Below are positions 38,578 to 47,418 of a stretch of 58,938 nt of DNA, piece after piece. The translations under genes and the position numbers were made by a program. Position 1 is the stretch's first letter. Each line of letters opens with the position of its first letter. The DNA is from Ruminococcus sp. Its GTDB lineage: Bacteria; Bacillota; Clostridia; Oscillospirales; Ruminococcaceae. The stretch is from positions 1 to 58,938 of the forward strand of contig SVNN01000001.1 in the NCBI GenBank assembly GCA_015066905.1, given 5' to 3'. Below the pieces are notes generated by a model. That model saw only the letters and a list, made by a program, of their open reading frames with translations. It did not search any database and had not been told where the DNA came from.

Positions 38578-39429
38578 ATGCCGGCAGGATTATCTCAGAT
38601 TATGATTGACGATATGCTCCGCGGTGCGCTGACCGAGGACATTCCGTACTTAGATGTTACCACCGATTTTCTGCTCCCCGATGCGCATACCAGCTCTGCT
38701 TATTATATCGCAAAGGCGGACGGCGTGGTCTGCGGTCTGGACATTGCATTGCGCACCTTTGAACTTGCAGGCGGCGGTGTGGAGATTACCGCGCTGGTCA
38801 AGGACGGCGATACGGTCAAAAAAGGCGATATTCTCGCGAGAATGCACGGAAGCACCAAGACTCTGCTGAAGGGTGAGCGTACCGCACTCAACATCCTCCA
38901 GCATCTGTCGGGTATCGCAACTGCAACCCGCCGCTGTGTGGATCTGGTGCAGGGGACGAATGCAACAATTGCGGATACAAGAAAGACGCTCCCCGGACTC
39001 CGCGCGTTCCAGAAATATGCCGTGACAGTCGGCGGCGGACGCAACCACAGATTCTGTCTGTCTGACGGTGCAATGCTCAAGGATAACCACATCGACGCAT
39101 ACGGCGGAATCACCCCGGCGGTGACGGCGCTCCGTCAAAAGGTCGGTCATATGGTCAAGATCGAGGTTGAGGTCAGAACACTGGAGGAGCTCCGCGAGGC
39201 GCTCGGCGCAGGCTGTGAGATCATCATGCTCGATAATATGTCCTGCGAGGAGATGACACAGGCGGTGAAGATTACCGACGGCAAGGCGCTGCTGGAAGCG
39301 TCGGGCAATGTCACGGCAGAGAACATCCGTTCGATTGCCGAAACGGGCGTGAATCTGATTTCGCTCGGTGCGCTGACGCACAGCGTGACCTGTTTTGACA
39401 TTTCGATGCGGATCGAAACAGAGAAATAA
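38578..39429 (+). CDS. nadC: Nicotinate-nucleotide diphosphorylase (carboxylating)
   Basis: DTRKTLPG, NHRF, KDNH, EVEV, MLDN, EASGN. Confidence 0.95.
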   Translation: MPAGLSQIMIDDMLRGALTEDIPYLDVTTDFLLPDAHTSSAYYIAKADGVVCGLDIALRTFELAGGGVEITALVKDGDTVKKGDILARMHGSTKTLLKGERTALNILQHLSGIATATRRCVDLVQGTNATIADTRKTLPGLRAFQKYAVTVGGGRNHRFCLSDGAMLKDNHIDAYGGITPAVTALRQKVGHMVKIEVEVRTLEELREALGAGCEIIMLDNMSCEEMTQAVKITDGKALLEASGNVTAENIRSIAETGVNLISLGALTHSVTCFDISMRIETEK

Positions 39430-39446
39430 AAAAGGAGTGGCGTGTT

Positions 39447-40775
39447 ATGAATTTGAAACAAGCACTGGCTTTTCTGTGCAGCTGCACATTGCTCTGCGGC
39501 GCGGCAGTCGGCTGTGATGATGATACGGCTTCGTCCAACGGAACAGATTCCGCCGTTTCGCAGACGGACACAGCCTCTAAGGAGGATTCTACAGTGGATA
39601 CAAACAAAACAGAGGTGCCGCAGGGCGATCCCGACTGGGTGCCTGCTGACAAGAGTCTGGGACTGAAAACGCTCGATACCAACTACGCGACCGATGAGAT
39701 GATCGCGCGCGCTGTGCTGAGTGAGGGAAATACCGCGCGGCTTGCCGCTGTGATGAAACGCGCAGAGGCAGGCGAGCATATCACGATTGCGACGATCGGC
39801 GGCTCGATTACACAGGGCAGTTCTGCCTCCTCCAGCCAGGAACGCTACGCCCAGCGCGTGCTGGAGTGGTGGTTCACCAATATTCCTGCGGCACAGCTTC
39901 ACTTTGTCAACGCTGGAATCGGCGCGACGGATTCCTATATCGGTGTACATCGTGTGGATCAGGATGTCATCGCACAGAACGCGGATGTGATTGTGGTAGA
40001 GTTTTCCGTCAACGATACCAATGAAATGCGCAACCTCAAAAGCTACGACAGTCTGGTGCGGAAATTGCTCCAATCTGAGCGTCAGCCAGCGGTGATTCTG
40101 CTCTTTACCACACAGGAAAACGGCACCAGTATGCAGGAAACGCACCGCAAGGTCGGCGACGCATACGACCTGCCGATGATCAGCTACAAAAATGCAATTC
40201 TCCCTGAGATCGACGCGGGGAAATTCCCGTGGACAGACATCTCGCCCGATAATATCCATCCCAACTCCAAGGGGCACACAATAATCGGCGAGATTATGTG
40301 GGCATATTTCAACTCCGTCTATGCCAAGCTGGATGAAATCGACACGAGCGATCTCAGCTTTGCCACACCTGCGCTGACGGATGACATCTACGCAGAGGCG
40401 AAGCTGCTGGATTCGACCAATACCGAGCCGACCGCGATGGAGGGCTTTGCAAAGGATGAAAGCGGCGGGTTCTATCAGTTCCCGAACAGCTGGTCCACGC
40501 AGAGCGGCGGCGAGCTGACCTTTACGGTAACGGGTAAGAATTTTGGTCTGATGTACCTCAAGACCACGGACGGCAAAAGCGGCACCTATGAGGTCTGGAT
40601 GGATGGCGAGAAGGTATCAACCTTAAACGGCGACTTTACAGGCGGCTGGGGCAACTACGCTGAGTCGAATGAATTTTTCATCTCCGAGGAGCGTGCAGAG
40701 CATACGATTACCATCAAGCCCGCAGAAGGCTCTGAGGGAAAGAAATTCAGCGTCCTCGGACTTCTGGTAAGCTGA
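39447..40775 (+). CDS. SGNH/GDSL-hydrolase lipoprotein with C-terminal beta-sandwich
   Basis: Signal ending AAVG-C, IGGSITQG, NAGIGAT, EFSVND, DNIHPN. Confidence 0.85.
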   Translation: MNLKQALAFLCSCTLLCGAAVGCDDDTASSNGTDSAVSQTDTASKEDSTVDTNKTEVPQGDPDWVPADKSLGLKTLDTNYATDEMIARAVLSEGNTARLAAVMKRAEAGEHITIATIGGSITQGSSASSSQERYAQRVLEWWFTNIPAAQLHFVNAGIGATDSYIGVHRVDQDVIAQNADVIVVEFSVNDTNEMRNLKSYDSLVRKLLQSERQPAVILLFTTQENGTSMQETHRKVGDAYDLPMISYKNAILPEIDAGKFPWTDISPDNIHPNSKGHTIIGEIMWAYFNSVYAKLDEIDTSDLSFATPALTDDIYAEAKLLDSTNTEPTAMEGFAKDESGGFYQFPNSWSTQSGGELTFTVTGKNFGLMYLKTTDGKSGTYEVWMDGEKVSTLNGDFTGGWGNYAESNEFFISEERAEHTITIKPAEGSEGKKFSVLGLLVS

Positions 40776-40776
40776 G

Positions 40777-41724
40777 GTGGAACATCTGATCTTCAGTCTG
40801 AATGCGACCATTCCGGTATTCTTTGTGATCTTTGCGGGCTGGGTGCTCAAAAAGATCGGAGTACTGAAGGCGAGTTTTCAGGAAGCAAACAACACGCTGG
40901 TGTTCCGCGTGCTGTTTCCGATCATGCTGTTCCGGGATATTTCTCAGACCGATCTGAACGAAACATTTACAGCGAAGTTCTTTTTCTTCTGCCTGTTTGC
41001 AACGATGCTCTGTCTGTTTGCCGTATGGGGCGCGGCGCTTCTCTTTGTGAAGGAACGCGCGGCGATCGGCAGCTTTGTACAAGGCTCGATCCGCGGCAGC
41101 GCAGGTGTGCTCGGCGTTGCCTTTGCGGTGAATATGTACGGTCATTCGGGCATGGTGCCGCTGATGATGGTTGCGATCGTGCCTGTATATAACATCAGCG
41201 CCGTGATTCTGCTGTCGATTTACAGCAGCGAGCAGAGCGGCAACCGAACCGAACAGCTTCGTCAGGTTGTTAAGGACGTTGTGACAAATCCGCTGATTCT
41301 CGGCATTCTGGCTGGCGTTCCGTTTGCACTGCTGCGGGTAGATTTCCCGGCTATGGCGGATAAGTGCATCAATAATCTTGCAGATCTGACAACACCGCTG
41401 GCGCTTTTGCTGGTGGGATCTCAGTTCGATTTTTCCACGCTCAGCGCAAAAAAGGTGCTGACTGCGGTGGCATGCGTCATCAAGCTGGTGATACAGCCTG
41501 CGGTCTTTCTGCCGCTTGCGGTCTGGATGGGCTTTCGGGAGCAGGAGCTGATCGCGCTTCTGATCATGCTCGGTGCGCCGAGTACGGTGAGCAGCTACAT
41601 CATGGCGCGGAATATGCACAACGATGCAGACCTCGCGTGCGGCATTGTTGTGATCACCACCCTCTTTTCTGCGGTAACAGTGACGGGGTTCATCTATATT
41701 CTCCGCGTACTTGGATATGTGTAA
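40777..41724 (+). CDS. AEC-family membrane transporter
   Basis: About 10 TM segments, NPLILG, TTPLALL, SSYIMARNM; GTG start. Confidence 0.87.
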   Translation: MEHLIFSLNATIPVFFVIFAGWVLKKIGVLKASFQEANNTLVFRVLFPIMLFRDISQTDLNETFTAKFFFFCLFATMLCLFAVWGAALLFVKERAAIGSFVQGSIRGSAGVLGVAFAVNMYGHSGMVPLMMVAIVPVYNISAVILLSIYSSEQSGNRTEQLRQVVKDVVTNPLILGILAGVPFALLRVDFPAMADKCINNLADLTTPLALLLVGSQFDFSTLSAKKVLTAVACVIKLVIQPAVFLPLAVWMGFREQELIALLIMLGAPSTVSSYIMARNMHNDADLACGIVVITTLFSAVTVTGFIYILRVLGYV

Positions 41725-41799
41725 ACAACGGTTTTTCGGGCTTTTCGGATGATTCCGATCAGCCCGAAAAAATTTTTTTGAGTTTTTTTCAAAAAAGGC

Positions 41800-41828
41800 T
41801 TGCAATTTAAAACAAAGTGTGCTATAAT
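41800..41828 (+). promoter_or_regulatory. Sigma-A promoter of tRNA pair
   Basis: TTGCAA-17-TATAAT with TGn extension. Confidence 0.75.
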
Positions 41829-41859
41829 ATACAAGTCGAAAACAGAAGATACAAAAAAT

Positions 41860-41946
41860 GCAGATGTGGCGAAATTGGCAGACGCGCTAGCTTCAGGTGC
41901 TAGTGAAGGCAACTTCATGCAGGTTCAAGTCCTGTCATCTGCACCA
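41860..41946 (+). tRNA. tRNA-Leu(CAG)
   Basis: Class II cloverleaf with long variable arm, anticodon loop TTCAGGT, CCA. Confidence 0.96.
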
Positions 41947-41947
41947 G

Positions 41948-41982
41948 AAAACGTACTTTCAAAATCTGAAAGTACGTTTTTT
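41948..41982 (+). terminator. Terminator-like hairpin between the two tRNAs
   Basis: AAAACGTACTTTCA/TGAAAGTACGTTTT-TT. Confidence 0.6.
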
Positions 41983-41990
41983 CTTCTCTT

Positions 41991-42064
41991 GCGGGTGTAG
42001 TTTAGTGGTAAAACATCAGCTTCCCAAGCTGAGGTTGTGGGTTCGATTCCCATCATCCGCTCCA
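41991..42064 (+). tRNA. tRNA-Gly(CCC)
   Basis: Cloverleaf, anticodon loop TTCCCAA, ends TCCA. Confidence 0.95.
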
Positions 42065-42068
42065 AATC

Positions 42069-42104
42069 AAAAAACGGACATCAGTTTTTTATGATGTCCG
42101 TTTT
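42069..42104. terminator. Bidirectional terminator
   Basis: AAAACGGACATCA/TGATGTCCGTTTT. Confidence 0.8.
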
Positions 42105-42109
42105 GTTTT

Positions 42110-43654
42110 TTATACCACAAAGAATGCCGCAGTCGCTCCGTCGATCCGGATCGTGCTGCCGTCTGCTTCAGCCGATGCGCCTGTTGTACAGCACAGTTTC
42201 GTCGGGGTGATGCCGTCAAGCGTGACCGAGGTCGGCGCTGCGGCAGGATTGATTACCGCGAGGATGGTTTCCGTTTCGTCACGGCGCAGATAGCAAAGCG
42301 GCAGGCTGTCGGTGAGGAAGGTAATTGAGCCGTTGCTCTGGAGTGCACTGTGTGCCAGACGGAAGCCGATCAGTCGCTGTACTTCGCGCCAGAGCGATGT
42401 ACGGTCTGCCATATGGCTGGCGACGTCGGGGCGATCGGGGTTCGGATCCTGCGCGATATAGAGTGCGTTACACGGCGCGGAGGAGAAGCCGGCATTCAGC
42501 CCCTTCGTCCACTGCATCGGCGAACGTGCGCCTGTTCTGTCATATCCGCCCTCTACCGAGGTCAGATTTTCCACGTGGCGCAGTCCGATCTCATCGCCGT
42601 AGTAGAGAAACGGTGCCCCCGGCATCGTGAGGAGAAAGGCGAATGCAATCTTCATCTCGTCATCGTCGAGTCTGCGTGCCATTCTGTCCATATCATGATT
42701 GCCCGAGGGGATGCAGATCAGCCCCTTACCGTTGGTTTTTTCGACATTTTTGTTGTAGGTTGCAATAAATTCCTTCGCGCTGCCCTTGCCGCGGCGGCTG
42801 AAAAACGGCTCATCACAGCGGAACAGATCGTTGTAGTGGGACGGTCCGAATTGGAGGAGGAAATCCATGTGAAATCCGCCGAGGAGCGATTTGTCCGGCT
42901 CGCCCCATTCAGAGATCATCGCCGCGTCGGGGAATTCCTTGTCGAGAAATGCGCGGAAATCCTGCCACAGCGCGATCGTGCCAAGCCCGTCAGGATCGTT
43001 TTTCACAAGAGAGCCTGCCATATCGACACGGAAGCCGTCGCAGCCCATCTGCAGCCAGAAGCGCATCACGTCCTTCATTGCTTCACGCGTAGCCAGTGGA
43101 CCGGGTGCGTCCATCGCCTGCTGCCAGGGTTTTTCGGGCTGGTAGAATCCGTAGTTGAGCGCGGGCTGTGTGGAGAAGAAATTCACCGCCACAGATCCGT
43201 CGCGCTGGGAGATACCGCGCAGGCAGGGAAGACAGTCCACCGATTCCCAGATGCTGTCTGTCCAGATATAACGGTCGCTCATCTCATTTTTCTCAGGCTG
43301 CATAGAGGCTTTGAACCACGGATGCTCCACCGAGGTGTGCCCCGGAACCAGGTCGAGGATGACGTGCATACCGCGCTGATGTGCCGCGTCAAAGAGCGCG
43401 GCGAGATCTTCGTTCGTGCCGTATCGCTCTGCTACGCGGCAGTAGTCTGCGACATCGTAGCCCGCATCTGTGAACGGAGATGCAAAGCAGGGGTTCAGCC
43501 AGATGGCATTACAGCCGAGCTCCTTGATGTAGTCCAGCTTTTCGGTCACGCCGCGGATATTCCCGATTCCGTCACCGTCTGTGTCGAGAAACGACTGGGG
43601 ATAGATCTCATAAAAGATTGCGTTGTCGAGCCATTTGGGTGCGTGTGTGTTCAT
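42110..43654 (-). CDS. GH13 alpha-amylase-family glycosidase (cytoplasmic)
   Basis: FYEIYPQSF.D.DGDGIG, DLVPGH, GFRVDMA, SEW, GNHD, YYGDEIG; RBS AGGGAGG. Confidence 0.9.
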   Translation of the reverse strand: MNTHAPKWLDNAIFYEIYPQSFLDTDGDGIGNIRGVTEKLDYIKELGCNAIWLNPCFASPFTDAGYDVADYCRVAERYGTNEDLAALFDAAHQRGMHVILDLVPGHTSVEHPWFKASMQPEKNEMSDRYIWTDSIWESVDCLPCLRGISQRDGSVAVNFFSTQPALNYGFYQPEKPWQQAMDAPGPLATREAMKDVMRFWLQMGCDGFRVDMAGSLVKNDPDGLGTIALWQDFRAFLDKEFPDAAMISEWGEPDKSLLGGFHMDFLLQFGPSHYNDLFRCDEPFFSRRGKGSAKEFIATYNKNVEKTNGKGLICIPSGNHDMDRMARRLDDDEMKIAFAFLLTMPGAPFLYYGDEIGLRHVENLTSVEGGYDRTGARSPMQWTKGLNAGFSSAPCNALYIAQDPNPDRPDVASHMADRTSLWREVQRLIGFRLAHSALQSNGSITFLTDSLPLCYLRRDETETILAVINPAAAPTSVTLDGITPTKLCCTTGASAEADGSTIRIDGATAAFFVV

Positions 43655-43724
43655 AACGAGCCTCCCTGTGTGAAATATACGGTTATTTTGTGCCAAAGCC
43701 CTGTATTCATACATCGGGCGGATG

Positions 43725-43762
43725 AAAAAAAGCCTGTCGCTGAAATAACGACAGGCTTTTTT
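43725..43762 (-). terminator. Terminator after GH9 gene
   Basis: AAAAAAGCCTGTCG/CGACAGGCTTTTTT. Confidence 0.8.
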
Positions 43763-43768
43763 GAAAAA

Positions 43769-45919
43769 TCAGTTCAGACCGGCAAGCTTGTTGCTCAGTG
43801 CGGTGATATCGTCAGCGTTATATACGTTGTCGTTGTTCATATCACTGTTTTTCAGGTTGACAAGGGACTTGTCCAGAGAGTTGTCCTGAGAAACGTAACG
43901 AGCAAGCAGTACGAGGTCAGCAATCTCAACCTTCTGGTCGCTGTTGACGTCGCCGTAAAGAACGGTTGATTCAGGCATTGTGGTAGTCGTGGTTGTTGTG
44001 GTGGTTGTTGTGGTTGTAGTGGTCTGAGCAGCACCCTTGGTGTAAACCTTGACGGAGTCGATTGTGAAGGTGCCGCAGTCGATCCACCATACACCGAACT
44101 TCAGAAGGCCGTTTGCCTGTGTCTGGATGATGGAAGCGGTTGCAGAGTCGATCTCCCATGTGATGGTGCCGGTGTTCTGGTAGAAGGTCTCAGCCATCTG
44201 CTCAGTCTGTGTCCAGTAATCGGGGGATACAGAAGTAGAAGAGCCGAATGCACCCTGCCAGGTACCGATGTTGCCGTTTGCGGAGATGTTGACCTCAACC
44301 TTGGTTACGGTCTCACCTGCGCCGATGCCGAAATCAGACCAGTTCCAGCCGATCATCTTGTCGTTTTCGGGCAGTTCGCTGTAAACGATGGTCTGGTTCG
44401 GCTTGATCTCATACGAACCGGAGGAGGTGTTGTTCTGCGTGGTAGTGGTGGTTTCGCTGTTATCGGTTGTAGCGGTCGTTGTGGTTGTGGTGGTTTCTTC
44501 CTCATTGCCGCTGCCGGGCGTCAGGGTGAACGGCTTTACGCCCTCGATGGAGGTTACAGTAGAGCCGGTGCCGTAGATCGAGTACAGACCAGCAGCTGCA
44601 CCGACGATTGCTGCGTTGTAGTCAATAGCAACCTCGTTTGCCTGGAAGTCGTTTACCTTATCGGTGTAAGAACCGCCTGCATCAGTCGGGCCGCCGACCA
44701 GCGCACCGACCAGAACGTGACCGTTCGAGAAGGTACCGCCGCAGTTGTTGTATGCATCCCAGCCGACCAGACCGGATGCTGCACGGTGGTGCGGATACTT
44801 CGAAGAGTTATCGGTGAAGCCGACAACGAAGCAGGTTCTTGCAGGGTTTTCGCCGAGGATGTAGGTCATCTGACCCTTGCACCACGCACTGTAATCTGCA
44901 GAAGAGTTCTTGGTTGCGGACAGTGCGCACAGCTGCATTGCAGTGTTGTAACGGCAGGAGCCCCATGCATCCTGGAAGAAGTAGCTGGAAGAACCGGTCT
45001 TTCCGCCGATGTAGCTGTTGACGGTGCTCCAGTCGCCGGTGATGTGCGCCTTGACGCAGTGTGCGCCGAGGGATACGTTGTTCCAGCAGTGTACCCAGCC
45101 GATGTACTGAGGAATGTTGCTGTTCATGGTATTGAGGTAGGAAGAATCGTTGGTTGCGAGATACAGCCAGCCTGCAGCCCATGCCACGTCATCCTTGTAG
45201 TCCTCAGAGTTATAGAATCCGGTGGGACCATCGGTTGCAACGGAATTTACTCTGGTTGCATAATTGAGCAGAGCCTTTGCGTAGGTCAGATCCTCTGCGT
45301 TGCCGAAGTTGATGTAGTTGATTGCGAGCGCAGCGGCATACTGTGCGGCAATGTCGCTTCCTGTGGAGGTGGTCCAGTATTCCTTCTGTTTGCCCTGCTG
45401 CGATTCCTGTGTCTCGGGCGGACCCCAGTAAGCGTGGTCGGTGTTGCCGTCAGCCAGCTGATAGCAGAAGTTTGAAACGCTGTCACCGCTGAGCTTGGTG
45501 CTGTTCTTGAAGAAGGTGCAGAAGTAGTCGGTGATTGTTTTGAAGTGCGAGGTCAGACCAAGCTGATCATAAACATCGCCGAACTCGTAGTAGCCCCAGC
45601 CGAGGGTAGAAGCGGTATAGCCCTGAGGCAGACCGAAGATTGCGTGGTCGCCCGCGTCGTGGAAGCCGCCGTCTACGCTGTCGCCGGTGTGGCAGTCATC
45701 ACGCCAGGTCATCGCGGAGGTCTCGCCGACCTTAGAACCACACATATTTGCATCGTAGAAGTACATAGAGTACTGCAGGAGCTTTGCGTAGTTGTCGGTG
45801 TCCGCGGCGGATGCGGTGGTGATGTTTGCGGAGAGAGGTGCTGCAAGTGCGGAAAGTGCAACAGCACTGCTCACAGCAAAGGCACGGATGCGCTTGGAGA
45901 TTGATTGTTTGTTATGCAT
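43769..45919 (-). CDS. Secreted GH9 endoglucanase with CBM79-like module and C-terminal dockerin
   Basis: Signal peptide, GGFHDAGDH, HHRAAS, NEVAIDYNA, Thr linkers, module ending LKFGVWWIDCGTFTIDSV, dockerin YGDVNSD...SDMNND. Confidence 0.92.
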   Translation of the reverse strand: MHNKQSISKRIRAFAVSSAVALSALAAPLSANITTASAADTDNYAKLLQYSMYFYDANMCGSKVGETSAMTWRDDCHTGDSVDGGFHDAGDHAIFGLPQGYTASTLGWGYYEFGDVYDQLGLTSHFKTITDYFCTFFKNSTKLSGDSVSNFCYQLADGNTDHAYWGPPETQESQQGKQKEYWTTSTGSDIAAQYAAALAINYINFGNAEDLTYAKALLNYATRVNSVATDGPTGFYNSEDYKDDVAWAAGWLYLATNDSSYLNTMNSNIPQYIGWVHCWNNVSLGAHCVKAHITGDWSTVNSYIGGKTGSSSYFFQDAWGSCRYNTAMQLCALSATKNSSADYSAWCKGQMTYILGENPARTCFVVGFTDNSSKYPHHRAASGLVGWDAYNNCGGTFSNGHVLVGALVGGPTDAGGSYTDKVNDFQANEVAIDYNAAIVGAAAGLYSIYGTGSTVTSIEGVKPFTLTPGSGNEEETTTTTTTATTDNSETTTTTQNNTSSGSYEIKPNQTIVYSELPENDKMIGWNWSDFGIGAGETVTKVEVNISANGNIGTWQGAFGSSTSVSPDYWTQTEQMAETFYQNTGTITWEIDSATASIIQTQANGLLKFGVWWIDCGTFTIDSVKVYTKGAAQTTTTTTTTTTTTTTTMPESTVLYGDVNSDQKVEIADLVLLARYVSQDNSLDKSLVNLKNSDMNNDNVYNADDITALSNKLAGLN

Positions 45920-46144
45920 TGTTACCATCCCTTTCAATTTGATTGTGTTTTGAGGCAGATTCAATAGAAATTTCGCACATATAAAAGCCTATAATATACA
46001 ACTTTATTATACAGGGAAATGCTACTTAATACATGAACAAACTATGTACCTAAGATTAAATTTTTGTGAACGAGAAAAAAGGTAAACCGTTTTCCGGGCG
46101 ATTTGACGCTGACGTATTCTGCTGATCAGAGGAACCGCAGATTC

Positions 46145-46173
46145 TTGCATTTTCAGAGAGAATATGCTATACT
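46145..46173 (+). promoter_or_regulatory. Sigma-A promoter of SPFH operon
   Basis: TTGCAT-17-TATACT with TGn extension. Confidence 0.7.
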
Positions 46174-46224
46174 GAAACTGTATGTAAAATCATTCGTAGA
46201 AATCAGAAAGGCGGTAGAAACACG

Positions 46225-47403
46225 ATGGCAGTGATCAGAAAATATATGGGCATTGTAAACACCTGTCCGATGATCCTCGCACCGGATCAGCTCAATGCGA
46301 CCGCGGCGGTGGTCGGCTGTGTGAAGATGCAGGGGAACGGCAGTACAACCGAGCAGCTGCAGAAATATGTCATTTATGTCGGCGAAAGCCAGGGCATGGT
46401 ACTTTGTAATAACGGCAGGGTAGTAGAGGGCGTGACCGAACCCGGTTATTACGAGATCTTTGCTTCGGACGCACCACAGATGTTCGACAAACAGCAGATC
46501 TTCTATCTGAACGCCAGAGAGATCGGCGAGATCCGCTTTGGCACACAGGAGCCGCTGCGCTATAAGAACGCGGCAACGGGTGAGGAAAAGCTGCTGCGCT
46601 GCTTCGGTAAATATGCACTGCGGATCACTAATCCGCTCCAGCTTTGCAACGGCCTGTTTGCAAACGGACTCGAACGGCTGGATTTCAGTGAAAATTCCGC
46701 GGCGGCATCCCGTCTGAATGAAGAATTTCTCGGAGCGCTCCAGCGTGCGGCAGACAAACTCGCTGAGGATGGCTGCAACTTCTCCGCAATCGCAGAGCAG
46801 GATGCGCTGCTGACGAAATATGTGGCGGCTGAACTGGATTCTGCCTGGGGCAAACAGTACGGTCTGAGTCTGACAATGGTGGATGTTGCCAGTGCGGATC
46901 CCGACGCGGCGCCGTCTGCACCCCGTATGGAACAGTCTGCGACCATTCCGGTAGATGCGCCTGTACCGCCTGCAGCAGCGCCGGTACCCACACCAGCGGA
47001 GGCTGCACCTGCACCTGTACCCGCACCTGCGGAGGATGAATGGGTCTGCACCGCGTGCGGCACTGCTAATACAATGAAATTCTGTACAGAATGCGGCAGT
47101 GCGCGTCCTGTGCCTGTATCAGAACCTGCGCCCGCGCCGATCCCTGCACCTGTATCTGCGCCGATCCCCGAGCCGCAGACGATCGTTGAGCCGGAGCCGA
47201 TCCCTGCACCGATTCCCGCGGCGGAGCCTGCACCCGTATCCGAGCCAGAAGGCTGGAAGTGCAGCTGCGGCGCGGTGAATACCACAAGATTCTGTTCTGT
47301 CTGCGGCATGCAGCCCCCTGCACGCCTCAGCTGGAAGTGCCCGCAGTGCGGTGCGATGACCGCAGGCGGCGTTTGTACCGAATGCGGTGCGAAAAAACCA
47401 TAA
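46225..47403 (+). CDS. SPFH-like (YdjI-type) protein with Pro/Ala linkers and three zinc-ribbon units
   Basis: IFYLN.REI..IRFGT..P, LRCFGKYALRITNP; WVCTACG/FCTECG, WKCSCG/FCSVCG, WKCPQCG/CTECG. Confidence 0.8.
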   Translation: MAVIRKYMGIVNTCPMILAPDQLNATAAVVGCVKMQGNGSTTEQLQKYVIYVGESQGMVLCNNGRVVEGVTEPGYYEIFASDAPQMFDKQQIFYLNAREIGEIRFGTQEPLRYKNAATGEEKLLRCFGKYALRITNPLQLCNGLFANGLERLDFSENSAAASRLNEEFLGALQRAADKLAEDGCNFSAIAEQDALLTKYVAAELDSAWGKQYGLSLTMVDVASADPDAAPSAPRMEQSATIPVDAPVPPAAAPVPTPAEAAPAPVPAPAEDEWVCTACGTANTMKFCTECGSARPVPVSEPAPAPIPAPVSAPIPEPQTIVEPEPIPAPIPAAEPAPVSEPEGWKCSCGAVNTTRFCSVCGMQPPARLSWKCPQCGAMTAGGVCTECGAKKP

Positions 47404-47418
47404 ACGGAGGAAACTGAT

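Noticed and set aside
43979-44024. GTG/GTT/GTA triplet runs (also about 44440-44495 and 54563-54620)
   Set aside because: These are poly-Thr linkers of modular secreted proteins, not microsatellites or CRISPR repeats.
47125-47250. Short direct repeats in the SPFH gene and GGCGGAAGATCCCG repeats in the TPM gene tail (about 49350-49384)
   Set aside because: They are in-frame coding repeats of Pro/Ala and Gly/Arg/Ser linkers, with no spacer structure or cas genes.
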